Below are positions 39,351 to 48,183 of a DNA stretch of 64,000 bases, piece by piece; position 1 is the first letter of the stretch, and the number at the start of each line of letters is the position of its first letter. The notes beneath the pieces were generated by a model, which worked only from the letters and a program-made list of their open reading frames with translations, ran no database searches and had not been told where the DNA came from. Made by a program: the position numbers and the translations under genes. The stretch is from Clostridiales bacterium. GTDB lineage: Bacteria > Bacillota > Clostridia > Christensenellales > Pumilibacteraceae. The stretch spans positions 1,852 through 65,851 of the forward strand of contig JAISMM010000002.1 of NCBI GenBank assembly GCA_031276725.1. Reading direction: 5' to 3'.

Positions 39351-40111
39351 AGCGCCAAATCCTCCAAGGCGAACACGGGCCCGTCGGCGCACACCCGCGC
39401 GTACTTGACTCCGCCGCCGTCTTTTAGGGCGCAGGCGCACACGAGGCACGCGCCAACGCCGCAGCCCATACGCTCCTCGGTCGAAACGAACGCCGGAATT
39501 TTATTTTTTGCGCAGAGCGCGGCGACGGCTTTTAGCATAGCGGGCGGGCCGCACGTCAAAACGACGTCGGGGAAAAATTCGTTCAGCGAGTCCGCGAACG
39601 CGTCCGTAACGAAGCCCCTTACGCCGTAGCCGCCGTCGTCGGTCGAAACTACCGTTTTGCATTTTGCGGCGAACTCGCGCTCGAACAGCACGGACGCCTT
39701 GTCCGCAAAGCCCAAAAACGCGCGGTATTCCGTTTTTGGGTAGCAGTCGGGAACGCTCAAAAGCGGCGCGCAACCGAGTCCCCCACCGATAAGGGCGGCC
39801 TTTTTGTGGCGTTCGCCCAAGGTGAAGCCGTTCCCAAGCGGCAAAACGGCGTTAAGAACGTCGCCCTTTTTGACGCGCGAAAGAGCCGCCGTTCCCCCGC
39901 CGACGACGGCGGCGGCGAGCGTTACGGTGCGGTCGCCGAACTTGTAGAGGCAGAACGGACGGCGGAGCGGCTTGGAGCGGTCGGGCGTTTCGATATGTAA
40001 AAATTGACCGCACCGCATGGGAGGCAGTTTTTGCGCGCTTAAAAGCGTAAGCTCGAAAACCGAGCCGCTTAAAAAGCGGATATTTTCAACCTTAAAGCGG
40101 ACGTCCCTCAT
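39347..40111 (-). CDS. pyrK: Dihydroorotate dehydrogenase B electron-transfer subunit
   Basis: FAD/NAD-binding fold RPFCLY and GGGLGCAPL, with a C-terminal 2Fe-2S motif MGCGVGACLVCAC. The ATG overlaps the pyrF stop (ATGA). Confidence 0.9.
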   Translation of the reverse strand: MRDVRFKVENIRFLSGSVFELTLLSAQKLPPMRCGQFLHIETPDRSKPLRRPFCLYKFGDRTVTLAAAVVGGGTAALSRVKKGDVLNAVLPLGNGFTLGERHKKAALIGGGLGCAPLLSVPDCYPKTEYRAFLGFADKASVLFEREFAAKCKTVVSTDDGGYGVRGFVTDAFADSLNEFFPDVVLTCGPPAMLKAVAALCAKNKIPAFVSTEERMGCGVGACLVCACALKDGGGVKYARVCADGPVFALEDLAL

Positions 40112-41028
40112 CGGTCTTGCGCCGCCCGCTTTAAGGCGCTTGTTATGTCGGAGCGCATATCGAGCGCGGCGAGCCTTGCCGCGCGCGCAAAATCGGCGTC
40201 CTTGAACTTGTCGGTTTTGTAGGCGCAAATTATGCCGCGCGAGCTGTTGACGACGCCCCCGAGCCCGTCCTTGTTAAAGCAAACCGCCAAATCGTCCGCC
40301 GACCCGCCTTGCGCCCCGTAGCCGGGAATCAGAAAGAACGTACGCGGCATTTGCGCGCGGAGCGTTTGCGCCTCGGCTTTGTGAGTAGCGCCCACCACCG
40401 CGCCGACGTCCGAATAGCCGTGCCTGCCCACGGAGTCCGCGCCCCATTCACCGACGAGCGCGCCGACCGTTCGGTAAAGCGTTTTGCCGTCGTCTAAAAC
40501 TCTGTTTTGCAGCTGTCCGCTAGACGGATTCGACGTTTTGACGAGTACGAAAATACCCTTGTCCGATTTTTTGCAGTCGTCTAAAAACGGCCTTATGCCG
40601 TCGGCGCCGAGGTAGGGATTCACGGTTATAAAATCGCTTTCAAACGGCGTGAAAGACTTGCCGTTCACGGTAACGCTCCCCAAATACGCGGCGGAATAGC
40701 AAGCCGCCGTACTGCCGATGTCGTTGCGCTTAACGTCGGCTATGACTATAAGCCCGCGCTTTTTGGCCTCGGCGAGCGTGTCCGCGAACGCGCGCAGGCC
40801 CGCGACGCCGTACATTTCGTAATAAGCGGCCTGCACCTTGACGGCGGGAACTACGTCCTTAACCGCGTCGATAACGGCAAAATTAAAGTCCGTGATCGCC
40901 TTTGCGGCGTCTAAAAGACTCTTGCACGGCTTTTTGAGCGCGTCGGGCAGGTAGTCGAACGACGTGTCGAGTCCTACGGCGATAGGACTGCCGAGCGCCT
41001 TTATGCGGTCGATAAGAGCGTCAATCAT
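40108..41028 (-). CDS. pyrF: Orotidine 5'-phosphate decarboxylase (long, type-2 form)
   Basis: 306 aa. Contains VGLDTSFDYLP and IADVKRNDIGSTA. Confidence 0.9.
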   Translation of the reverse strand: MIDALIDRIKALGSPIAVGLDTSFDYLPDALKKPCKSLLDAAKAITDFNFAVIDAVKDVVPAVKVQAAYYEMYGVAGLRAFADTLAEAKKRGLIVIADVKRNDIGSTAACYSAAYLGSVTVNGKSFTPFESDFITVNPYLGADGIRPFLDDCKKSDKGIFVLVKTSNPSSGQLQNRVLDDGKTLYRTVGALVGEWGADSVGRHGYSDVGAVVGATHKAEAQTLRAQMPRTFFLIPGYGAQGGSADDLAVCFNKDGLGGVVNSSRGIICAYKTDKFKDADFARAARLAALDMRSDITSALKRAAQDR

Positions 41029-42301
41029 CGGTTTTAATCTCCTTTTCGACGCCGTCGACTATGACGCGCTTAACGGCGCCGAACAGCTTCCAGCCGTCGA
41101 ACAGACTGTTTTTGCCCTTAGAAACGAACCGCGACGCGTCCACCACGCGCGGGGCTTCGGGGTCGACGATAGTAATGTCGGCGGTCTCGCCCGCGCGCAA
41201 TTCGCCGCCGCCCACGCGCAGAATTTTGGACGGGTTGGCGCTCATAAGGCGGGATAGGCGCATCATATCCATATGGCCCGCCCGGACGAGGTTCGTGTAG
41301 CAAAGCGAAAACGCCGTCTCGAATCCGCTCGTTCCGTTCGGGGCGTAGGCGAATTCGCGGTTCTTTTCTTCAAGCGAATGCGGCGCGTGGTCGGTAACGA
41401 TGGCGTCGATAGTGCCGTCGCAAAGTCCCTCGATAATTGCGGCGACATCCGCCTCGCCGCGCAAGGGGGGATTGATTTTGGCGTTCGTGTTGAACGATAA
41501 AATTTCGTCGTCGGTCGCCGAAAAGTAGTGCGGACACGTTTCGCACGTTACCCGCACCCCGCGGTTTTTGGCGTCCCTTATGATGGCGACGCCGGTTTTG
41601 GTGCTGACGTGCGCTATGTGGATACGCGCGTTAAGGCTTTCGGCGAGCAGAACGTCGCGGGCGATCATAGCCTCCTCCGCCGCCCGCAAAATGCCTTTAA
41701 GCCCCGTTATAGTGGCGTTAAGTCCTTCGTTGACGAGTCCGCCGTCGGCTATGTCGGGGCATTCGCAGTGCGATATAGGCAATAGCGAAAACGTTTCGGC
41801 GTACTCCGTGATAAGGCGCATCATATTGCCGTTTTCGACGGGCCGGCCGTCGTCGGAAACCGCAACGATACCCTCGTCCTTCATAGCGCCCATATCCGAC
41901 AAAATCTTGCCCTCTTGACCCTTCGTCATTGCGCCGATGCAGTAAACCTTGGCGTTGTCGCACTCGGCGGCGCGCGACAAAACGTAGCGCACGACGCTCT
42001 TGTCGTCGATAACGGGGTCGGTGTTGGGCATACACGCCACGGCGGTAAAGCCCCCGGTGAGGGCGGCCCTTGTGCCGCTTGCTATGTCCTCCTTGTACTC
42101 GAAGCCCGGCTCGCGCAAGTGGCAGTGCATATCCACAAAGCCCGCCATAACCGTAAGCCCCGACGCGTCGATAACGTCGAACGCGCTTTCTTCGCGTATG
42201 TTCTTGGCGATTTTCGCGATGCGCTTGCCGTCGGTCAAAACGTCGCACACCTCACACGATTCGCCCAATACTACGATGCCGTTTTTGATTAGTAGTGCCA
42301 A
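41021..42301 (-). CDS. pyrC: Dihydroorotase
   Basis: 426 aa with metal-binding DMHCHLREPG and a DHAPH motif. The start is TTG, with AAAGGAG upstream. Confidence 0.93.
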   Translation of the reverse strand: MALLIKNGIVVLGESCEVCDVLTDGKRIAKIAKNIREESAFDVIDASGLTVMAGFVDMHCHLREPGFEYKEDIASGTRAALTGGFTAVACMPNTDPVIDDKSVVRYVLSRAAECDNAKVYCIGAMTKGQEGKILSDMGAMKDEGIVAVSDDGRPVENGNMMRLITEYAETFSLLPISHCECPDIADGGLVNEGLNATITGLKGILRAAEEAMIARDVLLAESLNARIHIAHVSTKTGVAIIRDAKNRGVRVTCETCPHYFSATDDEILSFNTNAKINPPLRGEADVAAIIEGLCDGTIDAIVTDHAPHSLEEKNREFAYAPNGTSGFETAFSLCYTNLVRAGHMDMMRLSRLMSANPSKILRVGGGELRAGETADITIVDPEAPRVVDASRFVSKGKNSLFDGWKLFGAVKRVIVDGVEKEIKTDD

Positions 42302-42320
42302 TTTATTACTCCTTTATTAC

Positions 42321-42443
42321 AGCCCGGTGAAAAGGGTCGTGATAGCGACGAATACGGAACCCCGCCTTGCTTACGTACACCCAAGTACGCGCGCGGCGGC
42401 GGGAACCCGTCTTCGCCGCTCTGACAACCCTTTTGACCGGGCT
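42321..42443. repeat. Long-hairpin repeat (H family), left arm of the pyr-operon inverted repeat
   Basis: Reads agcccggtgaaaagggtcgtgatagcgacgaatacggaaccccgcc...ggcgggaacccgtcttcgccgctctgacaacccttttgaccgggct. It is nearly identical in reverse complement to 42981-43099. Confidence 0.7.
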
Positions 42444-42451
42444 AGACTTTC

Positions 42452-42940
42452 TTGTTTGTGTGGTTTTTGCTTTGTGCGGTTTTTGCCGTTAAATTCCCCT
42501 CTATGGAGGGGTGGCGGCGAATGCCGACGGGGTGGTTTTTGCTTTGTGCGGTTTTTGCCGCTAAATTCCCCTCTATGGAGGGGTGGCGGCGAATGCCGAC
42601 GGGGTGGTTGCCGTTATTAATGCCCGGGCGGTAAGCGGACAACCACCCCGCCGCTAACGCGGCACCCCTCCCCGGAGGGGAATTCAGCGGTTGACGGCAA
42701 CCACCCCGCCGCTAACGCGGCACCCCTCCACGGAGGGGAATTCAGCGGCGGACAATCAACCACCCCGCCGCTAACGCGGCACGAACCGAGCCGCCAAACG
42801 GCGAAGCCGTTTGTAGGGCGGGCGAGCTTGCGAGCTAAGCCCGTCAATAAGGCGAGGCACTCCACGGAGGGGAATTCAGCGGTTGACAATCAACCACCCC
42901 GCCGCTAACGCGGCACCCCTCCCCGGAGGGGAATTTTATA
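42452..42940. repeat. Array of six REP-like units, 2 in one orientation then 4 in the other
   Basis: A 72-bp tandem duplication lies at about 42452-42595, with units such as 42493-42535. Four opposed units follow, such as 42643-42683. One unit carries the caaacggcgaagccgtttg...gcgagcttgcgagc module also seen at 22100-22180. Confidence 0.8.
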
Positions 42941-42943
42941 GAG

Positions 42944-43099
42944 GTTCCGCATTCGTTGTTATCACGACCCTTTTTGATAGACCGTTCAAAAGGGTTGTCA
43001 GAACAATGAAAGCGGGTTCCCGCCGCCGCGCGCGTACTTTGGTGTACGTAAGCAAGGCGGGGTTCCGCATTCGTTGTTACCGCGACCCTTTTCAACGGT
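42944..43099. repeat. H-family half copy plus full copy, right arm of the pyr-operon inverted repeat
   Basis: The half element is at 42944-42976 and the full element at 42981-43099. The full element ends exactly at the pyrB stop codon (43100-43102). Confidence 0.7.
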
Positions 43100-44014
43100 C
43101 TAGCGGCGGGTTAGCAAGAAAAGCACCGCCATTCGGACGGCTACTCCGTTAGTAACCTGTTCGAGTATCACGCTGTTGGGCTCGTCGGCGGCGGCGCCGG
43201 ACAATTCTACGCCGCGGTTGACGGGCCCGGGGTGCATAACGAGGGCGCCGGGGTCGGCAAGGTTAAGCCGCTCGGCGGTTATGCCGAAGTATTTTGCGTA
43301 CTCGTTCACGGACGGGAAGGGCGGCGAGGTTTGGCGTTCGTTTTGCACCCTTAGCCCCATAACGACGTTCGCGCCCGCCATAGAGGCGTCGAGGTCGACG
43401 GACGCGGCGCAGCCCATACCGGCGACGTCGGCGGGCAAAAGCGTTTTTGGCGCAACCACCGTTACGGACGCGCCCAGCTTGTTAAGCCCCCAAATGTTAC
43501 TGCGGGCGACGCGCGAAAACCTTATGTCGCCCGCTATGACGACCTTTAAGCCTTTTAGCGGGCCGAAGCGGTTTTGCATGGTAAAAATATCCAAAAGCGC
43601 CTGCGTGGGGTGCTCGTTTGTGCCGTCGCCGGCGTTGATTACGGCCGCGCGGACGTTTTTGGCGAGCAAGCGCGCCGCGCCCGAATGCGCCGAGCGCAAA
43701 ACTATGACGTCGGTTAAAAGCGCGTCGAGGTTGCGGCCCGTGTCGATAAGCGTTTCGCCCTTTTGGGTACTCGACGTCGACGACGAAATCGAAAACGTGT
43801 TCGCGCCCAAAATCTTTGCGGCGGTCTCGAACGAAACGCGGGTGCGCGTGCTGTTTTCGTAAAACAGCGTCGTTACGTTTTTGCCCTGCAAGTGCGGCGT
43901 TTTTTTGACGTTTTGGTCGAGAATTTTTTTCATTTGCGCGGCGGTTTCTAAAATTTCCGCGATTTCCTCGGCCGAAATATCTTTGAGTCCCAAAAGGTCT
44001 TTGCGTTTTAGCAT
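43100..44014 (-). CDS. pyrB: Aspartate carbamoyltransferase catalytic subunit
   Basis: Contains the STRTR motif (NSTRTRVSFE), HPTQ, and HPGP near the C-terminus. AAGGAG SD. Confidence 0.95.
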   Translation of the reverse strand: MLKRKDLLGLKDISAEEIAEILETAAQMKKILDQNVKKTPHLQGKNVTTLFYENSTRTRVSFETAAKILGANTFSISSSTSSTQKGETLIDTGRNLDALLTDVIVLRSAHSGAARLLAKNVRAAVINAGDGTNEHPTQALLDIFTMQNRFGPLKGLKVVIAGDIRFSRVARSNIWGLNKLGASVTVVAPKTLLPADVAGMGCAASVDLDASMAGANVVMGLRVQNERQTSPPFPSVNEYAKYFGITAERLNLADPGALVMHPGPVNRGVELSGAAADEPNSVILEQVTNGVAVRMAVLFLLTRR

Positions 44015-44026
44015 TCGTTACACTCC

Positions 44027-44566
44027 TTAATTTAAGCTGTAAAGGTCGACCGAATTAACGCCGTCGATCTCCTTGACGCTGACGCTTATAAGTTCGTCGC
44101 GCTCCGACGGAACGGTCTTGCCGACAAAATTCGCGCCTATCGGCAGCTCGCGCCGTCCCCTGTCGATAAGCACCGCGAGTTGTACGGTTTTGGGCCGGCC
44201 TAAGCTCCACAAAACCTCCATAGCCGCCTTAACCGTGCGCCCCGTGTACAGAACGTCGTCAACGAGGATTATGTCGGCGTCCGTAACGGGGAACGGCAAA
44301 TCCGTATTTTTTAGGGCGGGAAGCTCCGCCACAAGCGCCAAATCGTCGCGGTAAAGCGTTACGTCCACCGCGCCTACGGGAATATCGAAGCCGTCGAGGT
44401 CGCGTATGACGGCGGCGAGCTCCCGCGCGAGCGTTAAGCCCCGCCGCTGAATCCCGACGAGGGCGACGGCCGGGGACGCGCGGTTATGCTCGACTATGCG
44501 GTGCCCCATACGGATGAGCGCGCGGCGCATTTGCGCGGCGTCCATTACGTTAGCCTTGAACCTCAT
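44027..44566 (-). CDS. pyrR: Bifunctional pyr operon regulator / uracil phosphoribosyltransferase PyrR
   Basis: 179 aa with PRPP motif IILVDDVLYTGRT. Its position between rluD and pyrB matches Bacillus. The ATG overlaps the rluD stop. Confidence 0.93.
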   Translation of the reverse strand: MRFKANVMDAAQMRRALIRMGHRIVEHNRASPAVALVGIQRRGLTLARELAAVIRDLDGFDIPVGAVDVTLYRDDLALVAELPALKNTDLPFPVTDADIILVDDVLYTGRTVKAAMEVLWSLGRPKTVQLAVLIDRGRRELPIGANFVGKTVPSERDELISVSVKEIDGVNSVDLYSLN

Positions 44567-45480
44567 ACGCGCCCTCCTTTTTTGCGCAAAACGTCTAAAA
44601 CGCGCGTAAAGTCCGGCGGAAGCGGCGCGGTAAACGTCATTGCTTCGCCGCTAACGGGGTGGACGAACGTAAGACTTTTTGCGTGCAAAAGCTGACCGCC
44701 GACGTTGAATTTTTGCTTTTTGTAGCCGTAGGCGGGGTCGCCGACGAGCGGGTGGCCGATATGCTTTGCGTGTACGCGTATTTGGTGAGTGCGCCCCGTA
44801 AGGATGTCGAATTCGGCGAACGTAAAGTCGGTAAAGCGCTCTAAAACCTTAAACGCCGTAACCGCCTCGCGCCCCGCGCTAGATACCGCCATCAGCTTGC
44901 GGTTTTTTGGCGAGCGGGCTATAAACGTTTTGACCGTGCCGCCGTCGTCCTTAATAACGCCCTCGCAAAGCCCGACGTAGATTTTTTTGACCGAACGCCT
45001 TTCGATTTGTTTAGACAAGCTTAAATGCGCCGCGTCGGTTTTGGCGACGACCATAACGCCGCTAGTGTCCTTATCGAGCCGATGGACTATGCCGGGGCGT
45101 ATTTGACCGTTGATCGACGAAAGGTTATCGAGGTAGTACATAAGCCCGTTGACGAGCGTGCCGCTCCTCGCCCCGCCGCCGGGGTGGACGGTAACGCCGC
45201 GCGCCTTGTTGATAACCGCCAAAGCGCCGTCCTCGTATAGAATATCGATCGGAACGTCCTCGGGTTCGACCGACAAAACGGGATCGGGCGCGGCGATTTC
45301 GATAACGTCGCCGCTTTTGACCGTTTTGCCGCTCTTTTGAGCGGAGCCGTTCAAAAGCACGCCGCCGTCCTCTAAAAGCCGCTTTATATAGGAGCGCGAA
45401 AACCGCGAATTCGCCGCTATATACGCGTCGAGGCGAACCGCGCCCGAAGCGTTGCCTACCGTGATAACCGTTCTATCCAT
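44563..45480 (-). CDS. rluD: RluA-family 23S rRNA pseudouridine synthase (RluD-like)
   Basis: S4 domain at the N-terminus, catalytic HRLDKDTSG, and the TGRTHQIRVH motif. Confidence 0.9.
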   Translation of the reverse strand: MDRTVITVGNASGAVRLDAYIAANSRFSRSYIKRLLEDGGVLLNGSAQKSGKTVKSGDVIEIAAPDPVLSVEPEDVPIDILYEDGALAVINKARGVTVHPGGGARSGTLVNGLMYYLDNLSSINGQIRPGIVHRLDKDTSGVMVVAKTDAAHLSLSKQIERRSVKKIYVGLCEGVIKDDGGTVKTFIARSPKNRKLMAVSSAGREAVTAFKVLERFTDFTFAEFDILTGRTHQIRVHAKHIGHPLVGDPAYGYKKQKFNVGGQLLHAKSLTFVHPVSGEAMTFTAPLPPDFTRVLDVLRKKGGRV

Positions 45481-46243
45481 CGCCGCCGCTCCCCCTTGCC
45501 GTATTTTCGGAACCGTTTTTTGCCGCTTGCGCGGCGTCCGTATCCGTTCCCGCTTGCGCGGCGTCCGTATCAGTTTTCGCTTGCGCTTGCGCCGCGTCCG
45601 TTCCCGTATCCGCTTGCGCGGCGGAACCGCTTGCCGCTTGCGCGTCGGCGGGAAGGCGCGGGCCGACGAACAGGGCGTTTGGCTTGTACATAAAAATAAA
45701 GTAGACGGCGAATATAATCACGCCGATAACGAGCGCGGAGTCCGCCATATTGAACACGGCGAAGCTGCCGCCCATAAAGTCGGTGCCGAACCAAACGATT
45801 TCGACAAAGTCGCGCACCTTGCCCAAAAACAGTCTGTCGTAAAAGTTCCCCAACGCCCCGCCGATTATGAGGGCGAGGGCGAGCCGCGACAGAATATGCC
45901 CTTTGCGGAAAACGTACAAAAATACGCAGAACGCCGCCGTCGCGATTGTGGTTACGACTAAAAACACCGCGCGGACGCCCGCGTCGCCCAGAATATTTTC
46001 GAGTCCGAACGCCGAGCCGAACGCCGCCTTTGTGTTAAAAATCAGCGTGAAGTACAAAAAATTCGGTATCACTTGCACCGATTCGTACTCCGCCGCGATA
46101 AGCCTTACCGCCAAAAATTTTGTGAACAGGTCGATAAAAAGAACGCCTATAACGACGAGAAGTTCGACGCGCGCGAGCGATATATAGCGTTTTGCGCCGT
46201 CGAGGGCTTTTATTAATTTGTTTTTAGCGGCGGTCGGGTTCAT
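45473..46243 (-). CDS. lspA: Lipoprotein signal peptidase II with repetitive Ala/Asp/Thr/Gln C-terminal tail
   Basis: The core contains NTKAAFG, GGALGNFYDR and FNMADS. The start is set at ATG 46243 (MNPTAAKN). The tail reads AAQADTGTDAAQAQAKTDTDAAQAGTDTDAAQA. Confidence 0.85.
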   Translation of the reverse strand: MNPTAAKNKLIKALDGAKRYISLARVELLVVIGVLFIDLFTKFLAVRLIAAEYESVQVIPNFLYFTLIFNTKAAFGSAFGLENILGDAGVRAVFLVVTTIATAAFCVFLYVFRKGHILSRLALALIIGGALGNFYDRLFLGKVRDFVEIVWFGTDFMGGSFAVFNMADSALVIGVIIFAVYFIFMYKPNALFVGPRLPADAQAASGSAAQADTGTDAAQAQAKTDTDAAQAGTDTDAAQAAKNGSENTARGSGGDG

Positions 46244-46649
46244 AGGGTATCGTAATCTCCACGCCCTCGGGCGAGAGCAAAAATATGTTGCCGTTGACGC
46301 GGTGGACGCTGCCGTTGAGGGCGTAGATAGCCCCCGAAACAAAATCGAGTATGCGCTGGGCGATAAGCTCGTCCACGCCGTCGAGGTGGATTATGGCGGG
46401 CTCGCGCCGTTTTAGGTAATCGATAAGCGTTTGAACGTCGTCGGGGGTTTGCGGCTTATAGATGACAACGTTGCCGTAGCCGCGCGGGCCGTCCGGCAAC
46501 GAATAAGCGGGGCGGCCGCCGCCCTCGCCCGCTCCGGCCCCGCCCGTGTACTCGCCCCGGGCGTTGTGCGTGTCCTCGAAAAATTCGTAGTTACCCTTGC
46601 CCCGGTAATTTCTGCCGGAGCGGAAAAATTCGTCGTCGCGATTGTTCAT
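46224..46649 (-). CDS. sepF: Cell division protein SepF
   Basis: 141 aa with AAAGGAGG SD. The DUF552 core reads VVIYKPQTPDDVQTLIDYLKRREPAIIHLDGVDELIAQRILDFVSGAIYALNGSVHRV. It is adjacent to yggS as in dcw clusters. Confidence 0.85.
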   Translation of the reverse strand: MNNRDDEFFRSGRNYRGKGNYEFFEDTHNARGEYTGGAGAGEGGGRPAYSLPDGPRGYGNVVIYKPQTPDDVQTLIDYLKRREPAIIHLDGVDELIAQRILDFVSGAIYALNGSVHRVNGNIFLLSPEGVEITIPYEPDRR

Positions 46650-46677
46650 AGCGTCCTCCTTTGTCGGCTTTTGCGGT

Positions 46678-47346
46678 TCATTGCGCCGCTTTTCTTGACC
46701 CGAATAATACGCCGCCGACCCGTATCATAGTCGCGCCGTGCCTTATAGCCGTTTCGTAGTCGCCGCTCATACCCATCGATAAGATATTCATATCGGGGTC
46801 GGCCGCGCGGCAACGCTCGAAAAGCGCGCGCATACCGGCGTAAAGGCTATCGGGGGCGTTTAGCGGCGGCACCGTCATAAGCCCGCGGAGTTTGAGAGCG
46901 GGCTTTGCTTTTACGTAAGCGATAAGCCCGTCAAGTTCCCCGGGACGCACTCCGCCCTTTTCGTCCTCGCACCCGGCGTTGACCTCGACGAGTACGTCCG
47001 CGACTATCCCGAGAGCGGCGGCGCAGCGGTCGATTTCGTCGGCGAGCCGGACGGAGTCGAGCGACTGAACGAGCGACACCTTACCCACGACCTTGCGAAC
47101 CTTGTTGGTTTGCAGCCGCCCGATAAAGTGGTATTCGATTCCGCGGAAGCGTTCGTACTTTTCGCAAAGCTCCTGCGCGCGGTTTTCGCCCGCGATATTT
47201 ATGCCGAGGGCGGGCAACGCCGAAAAGACGGACGGGTCTACGGTCTTTGTCGCGGCCACGACGGTTATGGCGGCGCTTTCGCGTCCGCATTCGGCGCAAA
47301 CGCGCCCTATACTATTATATAGCTTTTTTACGTTTTCTTCAAGCAT
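46678..47346 (-). CDS. yggS: YggS/YlmE-family pyridoxal-phosphate homeostasis protein
   Basis: 222 aa. Contains VVAATKT, HFIGRLQTNK and SMGMSGDYETAI. Confidence 0.9.
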   Translation of the reverse strand: MLEENVKKLYNSIGRVCAECGRESAAITVVAATKTVDPSVFSALPALGINIAGENRAQELCEKYERFRGIEYHFIGRLQTNKVRKVVGKVSLVQSLDSVRLADEIDRCAAALGIVADVLVEVNAGCEDEKGGVRPGELDGLIAYVKAKPALKLRGLMTVPPLNAPDSLYAGMRALFERCRAADPDMNILSMGMSGDYETAIRHGATMIRVGGVLFGSRKAAQ

Positions 47347-48181
47347 TATTCACCGCTTTAAGCACATAATCTGCAAATAATTCGGAGATTTTGACCCCGA
47401 AGCCCTCGACGGCGGTAAAATAGGCGTTCGAGTTCGCCTCGAAAAAGACTTCGCCGCCGTCGGAAAAGTCGAGAGCGCCGTATTCGAGCCCCAGCCGCGC
47501 CGCGATGAGGCGGGCGCAGTCCGCTATTTTTGCGGGCGGGTCTACAAGGCGGCTTATCGAGCCGAGCGCGGCGTTCGCCCTAAAATCGGTCGTGTTTTCG
47601 CGCGCTAACGCCGCGACGGGCTCGCCGCCTATGACGTAGACGCGCAAATCGCGCCCCCTTTCGCCGTAAAAACGCTGGTAGTGGTGCGGCCGCTTTTTTA
47701 ACGCGCCGTAAAGATTTTTAAGCTCGGCGGCGTTTTTTGCCAAATACACCTGCATACCGCGACTGCCCCGGTTCTCCTTGACGACAACGGGAAACGAAAG
47801 CGTTTTTGCCGCAAAATCCAAAAAACCGCCGTCGTAATTATCGACGGTTTCGTACATAAGAGGGGCGAAAACGGTGTCCGGGAGCGGCACGGGCAAGCCC
47901 CTGAGCGCCGAGTAAGTTTTTTCCTTGTCGTCGCAGATTTCGACGGCGGCCGCCGAATTAAAAAGCCTTACGCCGTTCGCCTCCAAAAACCGCGCGAGCG
48001 GCAAATCCTTATCGAAAAACAGCGCGAACGAATATTCTTGCGGCGCGGCGGCAAGCGTCGGAAAAACGCGCAAGGTATCGAGCGCGGCGCCTTTTTTTGC
48101 GAACGCGTCCTTTAAGCGGCTTTCGATGTACTCTAAGCCGCCGTCCGAATAATATCTGTTAAGAACGATCGCGCCCTTCAT
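47339..48181 (-). CDS. ATP-grasp enzyme, RimK/LysX-like
   Basis: 280 aa starting at ATG 48181 (MKGAIVLNRYY). Contains FPVVVKENRGSRGMQV and an EANSNA-type ATP-grasp C-terminus. The 113-aa Arg-rich extension in the track ORF overlaps hydA out of frame. Confidence 0.75.
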   Translation of the reverse strand: MKGAIVLNRYYSDGGLEYIESRLKDAFAKKGAALDTLRVFPTLAAAPQEYSFALFFDKDLPLARFLEANGVRLFNSAAAVEICDDKEKTYSALRGLPVPLPDTVFAPLMYETVDNYDGGFLDFAAKTLSFPVVVKENRGSRGMQVYLAKNAAELKNLYGALKKRPHHYQRFYGERGRDLRVYVIGGEPVAALARENTTDFRANAALGSISRLVDPPAKIADCARLIAARLGLEYGALDFSDGGEVFFEANSNAYFTAVEGFGVKISELFADYVLKAVNNA

Positions 48182-48183
48182 TC

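Noticed and set aside
39351-39449. Arg-rich N-terminal extensions in the track ORFs of pyrD, pyrK, hpt, hydA, the ATP-grasp gene, the HydS-like gene, lspA and the first DRTGG gene
   Set aside because: Each extension overlaps the upstream gene in another frame. Each is followed by an internal ATG/TTG with a good SD or an ATGA/TAATG stop-start overlap, and homologues begin at the internal start.
42483-42600. REP core CUCCAUAGAGGGG on the pyr mRNA resembles the PyrR-binding box UCCAGAGAGG
   Set aside because: Only about 9 of 12 positions match. The bases would be locked in the REP stem rather than presented in a loop. The same sequence occurs in spacers unrelated to pyrimidine genes.
42452-42940. 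Regularly spaced direct repeats that look superficially like a CRISPR array
   Set aside because: The repeat units abut or are separated by short, themselves-repeated linkers rather than by unique spacers. The orientation flips mid-array. The same unit is dispersed at six other loci. No cas genes are present.
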